Shown here in pieces: positions 1 to 9,059 of a stretch of DNA of 32,000 nt. Both the position numbers and the translations under genes were made by a program. The notes beneath the pieces were generated by a model. It worked only from the letters and a program-made list of their open reading frames with translations, did not search any database and had not been told where the DNA came from. Each line of letters starts with the position of its first letter. The stretch's first letter is position 1. Source of the stretch: Mycobacterium leprae TN (lineage in GTDB: Bacteria > Actinomycetota > Actinomycetes > Mycobacteriales > Mycobacteriaceae); the NCBI RefSeq assembly GCF_000195855.1, contig NC_002677.1:510001-542000 (forward strand), written 5' to 3'.

Positions 1-185
1 AACAATTATCGAGGTGCTAGTTGGTCATAGTGTTAGCTTTTTTGATACGTGCATAAGACCATCCCGTCACACACCTCGTGTAAGCAGTTTCGTGATGTTT
101 GTGAAATGTTTGATTCGTCTGTTGATCGGGTTGTACGAAATGGCCTGAGTGGTCGTCTGCCTCCAAGTCACATTTGCTATGTTAT

Positions 186-220
186 GAGCACGAAGCCCAC
201 ATCTTGTGGGCTTCGTGCTC
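186..220. repeat. Perfect 16-bp inverted repeat forming a stem-loop (3-nt loop); function unknown
   Basis: GAGCACGAAGCCCACA (186-201), loop TCT, TGTGGGCTTCGTGCTC (205-220) are exact reverse complements. The stem is GC-rich inside an AT-rich stretch, and there is no T-run on either side. Confidence 0.9.
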
Positions 221-1667
221 CAAGCTTTGAGCATGCATCTCAAAACCACTTGCCAAATTGAGTTGCACTTAGGACTCTAAAATGTTTCGTGCGTACATGA
301 TGAACCAGGTTACGTAGATTCGAGTGCTTTTATTATAGCTTTTCACGTCTTTTCGATAGCGGAGATCAGGTTACGTTTCGGATGCTGTGCCAGTCCACCA
401 GCTTCCAACTGTTAATTGGGCTCCTGGTGATCATCACCCGGCCGATGTTCGGTAAGGGATGGCTGATCAACAGCTTGTCTTTACCGTTCTTCACGTTCAT
501 CAGCGTCCAGACCATGATCGCCGCACCCTATGACCCTATGAGGAGAAACACACTTGCTTGTGGTGGCCGCTGTTTGTAGATTCTCCAAGTGGCGGCACGG
601 AACGCAGAATTGAAATTCTTGCCGTTAGGTCGATCCCGGAATGCCGTTCTGGACATCACTGTTAATATCCAATCTGCCGGCACCAGTAAATACGTTGAGT
701 TTGGTTATTGTCTTGGGTTTTGTCGTTGTACCAGCCGGCGTCGATAAACTGTAGGCTACTTAGGATCTCGACCGGCTTACCGAGCTAGCTGGCCAACGGT
801 GCGGCGGTTTTCTGGGCTTGTTCTTTGCTATCCGGGGTAAGGCTGGGACTGGGTATGTCCGGTGGCGATGACCCTGTTTGCGTTATCCATAGGATTAGGC
901 GTTTCGGATAAAGGTAAACATGATGCTGCGTGCATGTGTTGTTCCGCCGCAGGCTTCGACGATTACCGTTGTGTCCAGCACGGTCGGCATGTTTTCCAGA
1001 TCATGGTGCGGTTGAGTGTGGCAATAGTCTGCTTTGGACTGACCGTGTCAATGTGTTTTGCGATGGTTAGATGCAGAAAAGATGGAGGCTTGAATATTTC
1101 CCTTTAAGGGAGACTCGTATAGCAAAAGACCTGCTGCCATCGGCGTGGTGACGGAGCCAATGCTGACCGAACTGACGAACCAAAATACCATAACTGTATG
1201 CTCTCGGCGTCGATGTTGGAATCGAGAATCTGTCCTTCATCACAGATAACAGTCACGACATCACCTCAGCAGGTATTTTCCACCTAATGTTGTGATTTGT
1301 TGTCTGGCGTTCGGGGTGGCGACAAAGATCGGAAAGTTTAACAAATGAGCCTTGCGTCTTACACAGATCACAGGCCATCCGGTTACATACGCCGTTGCCG
1401 GCCGCCGGAAGGCTGTCGGTGGATCACCGTAGGTCGTTGAGCTGCAGGGACAAGGGCGAGGAGCAGGAACCCGATCGTTGTGTTGTGTGGCCGCGATACG
1501 GGCCCGGAATCTGGGATGCTGAATCGCTAATACGCGGACCACGCTGGTCATCTAGGGTTTGGGGGAGTGTTGGGGCAACGGCCGGCGGCACCGGATTTTC
1601 TGGATCGTGAGTGCGACGCTCGAATCGTGCTGTCCACTTGTGAAGATTAGGCGTTGATTTACCTCCT

Positions 1668-1985
1668 TATCTGATGACCGTAATCCGTTGTTTATAGTGA
1701 TCCGTGGTTTGCCTGAGAGGATTAGCCGGGTTTCTCAAGCCGATCCTGTACGTATTGTCCCGTTACGGTGTACCGGGCCGAGCGTTGGTCGTCGAGTTGG
1801 GTAAAGGTTTGGCGCCTAATATCAGCTCGATTTACCTCACCGGTGTTTCCCGGCGAGACGCTGACCACCTTGATTTGGAGAACCGAGCCAGGGCGGACGG
1901 TGTTTCGTACTGAGGTCGTTGGCTTTGGCGGCGACGAAATGCGGGTGGTGCTGAAAGACGGGGCGGTTGGAGTACCTGCCGGCCT
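1668..1985 (+). pseudogene. MaoC-like (R)-specific enoyl-CoA hydratase/dehydratase (hotdog fold), C-terminal domain remnant
   Basis: Frame-hopping translation gives 'SDDRNPL' (~1670) and 'GFLKPILYVLSRYGVPGRALVVELGKG' (~1728-1800). A frameshift then leads into 'RFTSPVFPGETLTTLIWRTEPGRTVFRTEVVGFGGDEMRVVLKDGAV' (to ~1975). These are the conserved blocks of MaoC hotdog domains. There are at least two frameshifts, and the N-terminal half upstream (~1130-1660) is not confidently traceable. Confidence 0.6.
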
Positions 1986-3273
1986 AGCGTTGAGTGTCAC
2001 TAAGCTGGCGTGCCAACCGTTCGGTGAATTCACTGACGTGCATAGGACTGTCCAACGTGAACAATGCGGCTGTTGCGCGGTTACCGTCTTCAGTGTGTCG
2101 TACCACGATCGGAATACCCCCAACGTCGGTGTGGCGCACTGCGTCGAACGCGTCCTCGTCGGTTATGTCGTCGCCGAGACAGATCGGCATGAGCGAAGCT
2201 GAGCCTACTTGAGTGCCGGCATGGTGCAGGCGATCGATCACCCAATGGAGTGTTTTTCCCTTGTCCCAGTCGATGTCGGGACGCAGCTCGATGACCTCGC
2301 GACCTGTTGTCACCCGAAGTGCGTTGCGCTGGCCTGCTGTGCGCACCGCCACTGCGACCTCGTTGACGCGGTCACGCGCGACGTTACGGTAGTGCACTGC
2401 TACGCCAAAACGCTTGTGTTCCACCATGACTCCCGGAATTGGTCCGAGTTGGTCGCGTAGCTGGGTCGCCGCTTGCTCCAGTATGGGTATCGTCGCTTCC
2501 GCTGCGTCGTTTTGATGATGTGTGCCGTCGGGTGCAGTTGACTCAAAACCATGACTGCCGGAATACCAGATTCCGGGCACGCCGATGCGCTTGATTACAT
2601 CTGCGAGATCGCGACCAGACAGTATGGCCACTGGACAATGTGTGGCCAACTTCTGCAATGCTTCGGTCGCGCCGGGAACGGGTCTGGCCGAGTCGGGATC
2701 ATCGACGATGTCTGACAGTGTGCCGTCGAAGTCGAAGAACACCGCCGGCTGCCGAGCGGTGAGGTCGTCAGTTAAGCCGAGGGTCTGCAGCGCGTCGGGA
2801 AGTTCCGACATCCGGCGGTCCCCGGTTCGGACGATGACCTCACCTAGGTCGGCAACTACCGTGTCGGCGCCGGAGTTACGCAGTGTGTCGCGGTGGCCTG
2901 TCTGATCTTCCCCTATTACTAGGCCGAGCACCAGCGCGAAACCGCCATAGCGTGCGGCCGTTATGCCGGCCGCGTCGACTGCGACGACGACGCACCGGCC
3001 TGGTTGCGCCATTAAGCGGTTGGCCGCGGCGACTAGGATGGTGACTTTTCCGCTAGCTAGGCCGTCAACGTGGACGGGGAACAGATGGTCGAGGCCGGTT
3101 GCAGTCAGCACGCCCTGGCTGTTGCGGTTGGTCGAAAAAACGGCGGTACCCACACCGATCCCCTGAAGTTGCCGGACCAGCGTCACTGTGGAGTCGAGTG
3201 GGGTGTCGGTCACTACGGCGTCGAGGTCGAACAGTGCTGCGCTGTGGCGCCGCGGGTCTATGGTGACCGGCAT
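1984..3273 (-). CDS. otsB2: Trehalose-6-phosphate phosphatase OtsB2 (429 aa), intact
   Basis: Uninterrupted 429-aa ORF with ATG start. The C-terminal half carries HAD motif I 'FFDFDGTLSD' plus 'GIWYSGSHGFE', 'VEHKRFGVAVHYR' and 'LGDDITDEDAF', which match mycobacterial OtsB2 as I recall it. The N-terminal ~150 aa is a second, degenerate HAD-like module ('LFDLDAVVTD'). Confidence 0.93.
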   Translation of the reverse strand: MPVTIDPRRHSAALFDLDAVVTDTPLDSTVTLVRQLQGIGVGTAVFSTNRNSQGVLTATGLDHLFPVHVDGLASGKVTILVAAANRLMAQPGRCVVVAVDAAGITAARYGGFALVLGLVIGEDQTGHRDTLRNSGADTVVADLGEVIVRTGDRRMSELPDALQTLGLTDDLTARQPAVFFDFDGTLSDIVDDPDSARPVPGATEALQKLATHCPVAILSGRDLADVIKRIGVPGIWYSGSHGFESTAPDGTHHQNDAAEATIPILEQAATQLRDQLGPIPGVMVEHKRFGVAVHYRNVARDRVNEVAVAVRTAGQRNALRVTTGREVIELRPDIDWDKGKTLHWVIDRLHHAGTQVGSASLMPICLGDDITDEDAFDAVRHTDVGGIPIVVRHTEDGNRATAALFTLDSPMHVSEFTERLARQLSDTQR

Positions 3274-3584
3274 TAACTAACCATCTCACGGTGGAAACTG
3301 TGGTCAGCAGGGAGCTCCATGTCCGGTTAGCGACGCGCTCGTGCATAAGGCGTGGAGGCTCGTCTGAACTGGTGCGCTTCGGTGGGGAACACGCCGGATG
3401 ATCATGCATAGCGGTTTTTGGTGAACAGCAGGACGGAGTCGTGGCTGAGTGGTGCCAGCTACGCGATCTTCAGCTCAATACCGCTGGTAAGTTGCTTGGC
3501 TATCGGGTGCGATGTCGTAGTCGGTAGTGATGCCGAATACCAGTTCGTCGCCGTAGCGTAACATCGCGACCCTAGTGTTCAGCT

Positions 3585-4720
3585 TTAGTGCGGTCGGGCG
3601 GGATCGTCCGTACGCGCTCCATCCACTGGCCCATCAGTCGTAACCGATCGGCGGGGCCCGGGCGCGTTGATTGTCAGCGTTGCGATGCCAGGCTTCTGTA
3701 GCCGGTTCAACAGTTGGATCGCATGGGCGCGCAATGCAATTGGGAGGTGATGGATCGCTCTGTTCTGTGCGGCCGTCAACCGGCTGTGCATGGTCTGCAG
3801 GCGCTGAACCGGGTCTTCACGGTTGATGGGGAGATAGGGCAGTTTCTCGCCCTCGGGGGACGAACGCCCCGACATCGACGCCAGTGTTCGTAGCGAGTCC
3901 ACGCGCAGCTGTTGCCTCGGGTGCAGCAGAGCCGTCCGGAATCCTACGGTGATCGCGGCTAATGCAACTGTCATTGCTGTTCACGCCGAACTTGCGGCAT
4001 TATGCTGTAGACGGCGGTGAATCGGAGCGCGCACGGTGCTGATAAAGCCGGACGGTGTCGTCCGTACCCCGGGCCAGATTGTCCCGTTCGCGGTTTCTGC
4101 CTCCTTGGCCATGATCCCGGTGTGAGCTCGCCACAGGGTATCGACCCAGCTCCGCGTATTGCGGTTTGATAGCTAAATCTTTTTTATACCAATTTTTTTT
4201 GGAGAAAATATGGCTGTCGGAGTCGTCGCAAAGTTTGGTCAGGGTGTGGGCTGCAGAGATGTCTTCGGCCATGCAGTGGCGGATCTTCATCAAGATCGCT
4301 CACTATATTGTCCTTTACACCCTCGATGAGCCAAGCATTTCCACCATGGTCAGTCCAGGTCGAGGGGGCGTTCCAAGGCATGGGTGATCGCGTTGAACAG
4401 TTTGGTGTCGTTTCTTGGAGGGCAGAAGAGCAACCTGTCGCAGGTGATCTGGTGAGGTTGAAGTCCCGGATAGTCGGTCATGGTTGTCCAGCGACGTCGA
4501 ACGTATGCGTTTGCAACGTTTGCGTGCATCGCGGTATCGACTGAATCCGTTCTACTCGGAGGGGATCGAGCGCATCGAAGTCAGGAACATCGTCGTCGAC
4601 GATGGCGACAGCTCCGATTTGCTAGGTTTGTCTGCCGAATCTGCATCGTGAGCTTTGAGAAAACTTGCATACCTTTTCTTCAGCCGCGTTATATATCGTT
4701 ATATGTGCTCTCTTCACAGT
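3585..4720 (-). pseudogene. Wax-ester synthase/diacylglycerol acyltransferase (WS/DGAT, Rv3371-like) pseudogene
   Basis: The minus-strand fragment 3585-3974 contains 'TLTINAPGPRR' (cf. the conserved WS/DGAT 'NVPGP' block). Fragment 4000-4293 contains 'KIRHCMAEDISA' where the catalytic HHxxxDG motif belongs. No continuous frame links the fragments, and an AT-rich patch at 4166-4205 lies inside. The upstream limit is uncertain. Confidence 0.6.
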
Positions 4721-4851
4721 AGATTTTCTCCCCGAACCAGTATTCTTTGCTGCACCCCTGTTGTGGTCTGATCCGTAGAGTTAAAAACGTGTTTAAGAGT
4801 TGAAGAGGGGGTTAACAATCGCTTTTCGGTCGGCCGAGTACGGTTATTGTA

Positions 4852-4867
4852 TCGAACATATTCTCGA
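4852..4867. promoter_or_regulatory. Degenerate LexA (SOS) box upstream of the dnaE2 pseudogene
   Basis: TCGAAC-ATAT-TCTCGA versus the mycobacterial consensus TCGAAC-N4-GTTCGA. The left half-site is perfect and the right half-site has 2 mismatches in the GTTC core. It lies ~15 nt upstream of the first recognisable DnaE2 codons. Confidence 0.35.
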
Positions 4868-4881
4868 TAAACTGTGTGGCG

Positions 4882-7271
4882 TAGGTTTGGAGCAGCGGGC
4901 CGCCTAAGCTGGGCGTAAATGGAGCGGGAGCTTGACGGCAAGCTACGCTATGTTGACGCGCCGTTGGTGGTCGAGCGCTCCGACGATGTGCCTTGGTCGT
5001 GCAAGCGCGGAGCGTATAGGCCGCTGGATAACGGCAGGATGGTCCGCTCGTCCGTCACGTAACTGTATTCGAGCTGGCTGCGCATTAGGCGTATAGTCGT
5101 CCTCGACGGGGCTAGTAAGCCGGAAGAATCTGGTCGAGGAAGGCCGGCGCGGTTTTGGGTCTGCGCCCGTTGGTGCTGACCCACCACGGCGGCTTGTACG
5201 GTGCAGTAAGTTTCGCCGAGGTGTCCGCCCGAGTGCGGCGTGTGTACCGTGTTCGGCGCCGAATTGTCGCTGTATTCCGGGGTCTGCACCGAAAAGCCGG
5301 ACCCGCCCGGGTCGCACTTGCTGGTTTTATAGCCCGTGGCCCGGAAGGTGACCGAGGATTATTGCGACAGCTGGCAGCGGCGTATGCGGCCTGCGGAGAG
5401 AAGGGTAAACTCCTCTACGGCTTTGATGCGCTGACCGAGTCAGTAGGTGGGTACTGGCACATCTTTATGGGGTGTTGGAAAGAACCATGTACACCAAGCG
5501 TTTTTCCGATGATGGTGTAGACGCAGCGGGATTGGAGTTTGCCGAACTAGTGGACCCGGTTCACCGCCGGCCGGGTAAGCGTTGGGCTGACCCATCTACG
5601 GTCACCTGGCCGACGACGAACGCAACGCGGTGCTAGGGGGTCGCCCTCGCCCCGCTTTTCGGGGTCGACGTCGTTGCCACCACCGAAGCGCATTTAGCTC
5701 ATCCTTCGCGCGCACGGCTGACTATGGCTGCTATCCACACCCGGCAGCCCCTGGATTCTGCTGCGGGCTGGTTGGCTCCGCTGAGGCGGCTCGCCCTCTG
5801 CGGTCCGGTGATGAAGCTAGCTCGGCGGTTCGCTCAACCGCCTGAGGTAGTGACTGCCGTCGCCGAACAGTGTGTGCGTTCGGGCTGACTGCGGCAAGTT
5901 GGTCATGGAAGAAAAGGGTGACCGATACGGACCGCCTGAGCGGGCGCGGCAGGCATACGCCCGATTCAACATGAGCTGCAAGCTATTGTGGAAGTGAGAT
6001 TTTCGGGTTTCTTCCTGGCAGTGGAGATTACCATACGGGTTTTGCCGGGAAAACAACATCTTGTGTCAGAGCAGGGGATCGGCGGCCAAGTCCGAGGTTC
6101 GCTATGCTCTTGGCGTCACCGCTGTCGACCCGGTGGCCAATAAGCTGTTGTTCGAGTCGAACACATGGGCGGGCTGGGTGGTCGGTTCTACGACGGCGTG
6201 TGCAGGCTGCACGGCGCCACCGACGAGGTTAATCGACCGAACCTACGAAAAGCTGGAGGTATCGTCAGTTTCGGCTTTCCCGCAAGTCTTGTGCTGTCCT
6301 TTACGTGCCTGGTGTTGTACTCAACCTTGGTTCAAGCTGCCACGACCCGGCGGCGTTTTGCGCCGCGCTATACTATGTGCAATAGCCGATGGGTTTCTAT
6401 TCATCGCAGTCACTGGTGGCCGATGTGCGCCGGCACGGCGTGGTGGTGCACGGCTCGTGTGTCAATGTCAGTTTCTCGCACGCCACCCTAGAGAACACTT
6501 GTGTGGAAGTTTGCCTCGATCTGGGAGCGGTTCGTTAGATCGGCGACGATCTCGCCGAAAAGCTGGTAGAAGAACGACAAAGCAACGTCCCGTTCTTTTC
6601 TCTGCTGGACTTGGTTGCACGACTGCAGTTGAGCGTGCCGCAGACCGAAGCGCTGAGCTTACTTTGGGATGTCCTGGCAGGAAACGCTGTAGGCGGCCGG
6701 GGTGGTCGCTAGTCAACGGGCGAACAGGCTGCCTGGCGTGGGGGGGAGTCGTCACATATTCCGGTGTTGCCGGGGATGAGCGAGTTGGAGCTGGCTGTCG
6801 CCGATGTGTGGGTCACCGGCATCTCTCCGGATAGTTATTCGACACAACCCTTGCGGGCAGACTTAATTTAGATGCGATGGGGGTGTTGCCCGCCGACGCG
6901 CTAAGAGTGATGTTCGACGGCTGCCGCGTGTTCATCGCCGGTGCGGTGACCCATCGGCGACGGCCCAAGGGGTGACGTCTCGTCTATTAACCTCGAGGAT
7001 GAGGCCGGGGTGGTCAACGTGCTCGGTACGTCCGGGAGGGTGAAGGCGACATCGTAAGCTGTGGTGCACACGGCGCCAGTGCTGCTGATTCGCGGTTAGG
7101 TACAAAATGCCAGCAGCGCAATACACTGTCGTGGCCGAGCATATGGCCCGCATAAGCTTGACGGTCGGCTCGAAGTCGCGAGGTTTCCGCGGAACCTTCG
7201 CCGAGCGTATGAAGAATGCCGGCAATCCCCTGCGTGTCGTGTACAGATACGTGCGCTCGCGGCTGGGTTAA
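4882..7271 (+). pseudogene. dnaE2: Error-prone DNA polymerase III alpha subunit DnaE2 pseudogene
   Basis: Frame-hopping matches to DnaE2: 'WSSGPP' (4888), 'MEREL', 'KRGAYRP', 'LDGASKPEE', 'LVLTHHGGLYGAVSFAEV' (PHP domain, ~5170-5225), 'VRYALGVTAVDPVANKLLFE' (~6100-6160), 'SELELAVADVWVTGISPDS' (~6780), 'INLEDEAGVVNVL', 'VLLIRG.VQNASSAI' and 'ISLTVGSKSRGFR' (~7190). About 2.4 kb remains of ~3.3 kb expected, with many stops and frameshifts. Confidence 0.85.
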
Positions 7272-7560
7272 TGTACGTCGACCCACACCTTGGTTGGGCC
7301 GGGTGCTGTATTCAGCCATAACCTCGGTCAAGCCGAACTTCGCGATGTCCTCGCGGTACTTCGTCCAATAGGATTCGTCCTTATGGCATTCGACGTCGGT
7401 GATCACCACTGTGGTGGTATTATCGACGCGATAATGCCTCTGCCATCGCCATTAGTTACAATCTAACTTTCAGGTCCACCATGGGATGCGGCTTCATGAT
7501 GTTATGGGCGGACTCCCACGCCCGCGGTGTGGGGAATACTTATAGTACACCGCCAGGTTG
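7250..7560 (-). pseudogene. Remnant of a small conserved protein gene (syntenic position of Rv3369, from memory); family not recognised
   Basis: The minus strand gives 'RHYRVDNTTTVVITDVECHKDESYWTKYREDIAKFGLTEVMAEYS' with protein-like composition, which then degenerates. The upstream frame is broken by stops. The 3' part of the 7014-7409 ORF is merely antisense to the dnaE2 tail. Confidence 0.3.
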
Positions 7561-7631
7561 GCTATGTCGAAGTAGAACCACAATCAGCCGCGGCACGGGT
7601 TGCTTTGGTTTGGCAACGGTAGTCTTCCCTG

Positions 7632-8276
7632 GTGAATCTAAACTTGTCTGTTGACGAAGTTCTTACCACTACCCGTTCAGTGCGCAAACGGCTCGACTTC
7701 GACAAACCTGTGCCTCGCGACGTGTTGATGGAATGCCTACAGCTAGCGTTGCAGGCACCGACCGGTTCCAATTCGCAGGGCTGGCATTGGGTGTTCGTCG
7801 AGGACGCCGAAAAGCGCAAGGCTATCGGTGACATCTACCTGGTCAATGCCCGGTGCTACCTAAGCCAGCCCGCACCTGAATACCCTGAAGGCGACACGCG
7901 TGGTGAACGGATGAGGCTGGTGCGCGATTCCGCGACTTATCTCGCCGAGCATATGCACGAGGTGCCGGTTCTGTTGATCCCGTGCCTATTGGGTCGGGCG
8001 GAAGAGTCGCCGTTGGGCGCTGTGTCGTACTGGGCATCGTTGTTTCCAGCGGTCTGGAGCTTCTGCCTAGCGCTTCGCTCCCGAGGACTGGGCACGTGCT
8101 GGACCAGCTTGCACTTGCTTGGCGACGGTGAGCAGCGGGCGGCCGAGGTACTAGGCATTCCTTCCGACAAGTACAGCCAGGGCGGGCTGTTTCCCATCGC
8201 CTACACCAAAGGAACCGACTTCCGGCCGGCCAACCGGCTGCCCGCCGAGAACGTCACGCACTGGGACATCTGGTAA
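7632..8276 (+). CDS. Nitroreductase-family oxidoreductase (214 aa), intact
   Basis: Uninterrupted ORF with a GTG start. 'RSVRKRLDFDKPVPRDVLMECLQLALQAPTGSNSQGWHWVFV' is the typical nitroreductase-fold N-terminal signature. Its length and position match Rv3368c as I recall it. Confidence 0.88.
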   Translation: MNLNLSVDEVLTTTRSVRKRLDFDKPVPRDVLMECLQLALQAPTGSNSQGWHWVFVEDAEKRKAIGDIYLVNARCYLSQPAPEYPEGDTRGERMRLVRDSATYLAEHMHEVPVLLIPCLLGRAEESPLGAVSYWASLFPAVWSFCLALRSRGLGTCWTSLHLLGDGEQRAAEVLGIPSDKYSQGGLFPIAYTKGTDFRPANRLPAENVTHWDIW

Positions 8277-8413
8277 CCGGGCCCGATCAGCTGTGGATGC
8301 CGGGGCTGTCGTTTGAGCTGTCAGTGTTACCAGTGCTGGTTCCTCCTGCTTTGTCGCTGCTAGAGGTACCATGGTCGCCGCCGGCGCTTCACTCCGCGAG
8401 GTGAGGGCAGGCT

Positions 8414-8878
8414 TTAGACCAACCCGGCATACCCGTGTTGTCGCCACGCTTCGTACACTGCTACCGCCGCGGCGTTGGACAGGTTCAATGAACGCCGGCC
8501 CGACAGCATGGGAATGCGCACCTGCTGAGTGATATGGTCGTCGGCCAGGGTTGCCGCGTCTAGTCCGGTCGGTTCGGGGCCGAACATCAGCACGTCGCCG
8601 GCCTGGTAGCTGACGTCGGTGAACAAGGTGTTCGCGAGGGTGCTGAACGCAAAGACCCGCGCCGGCGATAGCGCGTTCCATGCTTCAGATAGTGAGGTGT
8701 GGACGGTGACCGAAGCCAGGTCGTGATAGTCTAGCCCGGCCCGTCGAAGTTTGGGGTTGGACAGGTCGAAGCCAATCGGCTCGACCAGATGTAGTGCGCA
8801 GCCGGTGACTGCCGCGGTCCGGATGGCGTTGCCCGTGTTTGGCGGAATGCGCGGGGTATAAAACAGCAATCGGAACAT
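8414..8878 (-). CDS. spoU: SPOUT-class tRNA/rRNA 2'-O-methyltransferase (SpoU/TrmL-like, 154 aa), intact
   Basis: 'MFRLLFYTPRIPPNTGNAIRTAAVTGCALHLVEPIGF' and the C-terminal 'RIPMLSGRRSLNLSNAAAVAVYEAWRQ' are the TrmL/YibK SPOUT knot motifs. I chose the internal ATG at 8878 (154 aa) rather than the ORF-track start at 8923, because the family begins at MFxLxLY. Confidence 0.88.
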   Translation of the reverse strand: MFRLLFYTPRIPPNTGNAIRTAAVTGCALHLVEPIGFDLSNPKLRRAGLDYHDLASVTVHTSLSEAWNALSPARVFAFSTLANTLFTDVSYQAGDVLMFGPEPTGLDAATLADDHITQQVRIPMLSGRRSLNLSNAAAVAVYEAWRQHGYAGLV

Positions 8879-9059
8879 CTTGCTGATCATTACGCGTGGT
8901 TTTGTGTGAGGCTTGCGTATCATTGTACCGGAAACTGGTTACATAGGCCGCGAGCCGTCATACTTGTTGAATTGCCAGGCGTTTTCCCGCTCGCGCTTAT
9001 CTGCGTGGCGCGGGGGTCGAATACAGCAGAAAATCCCGCCCTCTCTGGTTTCTCCGAGT

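Noticed and set aside
1-1260. Low-GC start of the window considered as a horizontally acquired island
   Set aside because: There are no integrase, tRNA-adjacent att site, mobility genes or intact ORFs. Lower GC is expected for long-decayed non-coding DNA in this genome, so the region is kept only as an unassigned region.
4166-4205. T-runs and an AT-rich patch (AAATCTTTTTTATACCAATTTTTTTTGGAG) considered as a terminator or promoter element
   Set aside because: There is no adjacent stable hairpin, and it lies inside the WS/DGAT pseudogene. It more likely reflects local AT-biased decay or small indels.
6061-6834. 257-aa ORF, the longest open frame in the dnaE2 region, considered as a possible intact gene
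   Set aside because: Only its first ~35 residues ('VRYALGVTAVDPVANKLLFE') match DnaE2. The rest is Arg/Cys/Gly/Trp-rich off-frame read-through with no family resemblance, so it is part of the pseudogene.
8151-8681. Long antisense or overlapping ORFs in GC-rich DNA: 8151-8681(-), 9530-10111(-), 15313-15972(-), 20046-20309(-), 21160-21672(-), 28685-29242(-)
   Set aside because: Each overlaps a well-supported gene or pseudogene on the other strand or frame. They have Arg/Pro/Gly-skewed composition typical of shadow ORFs in high-GC genomes, and none shows a recognisable motif.
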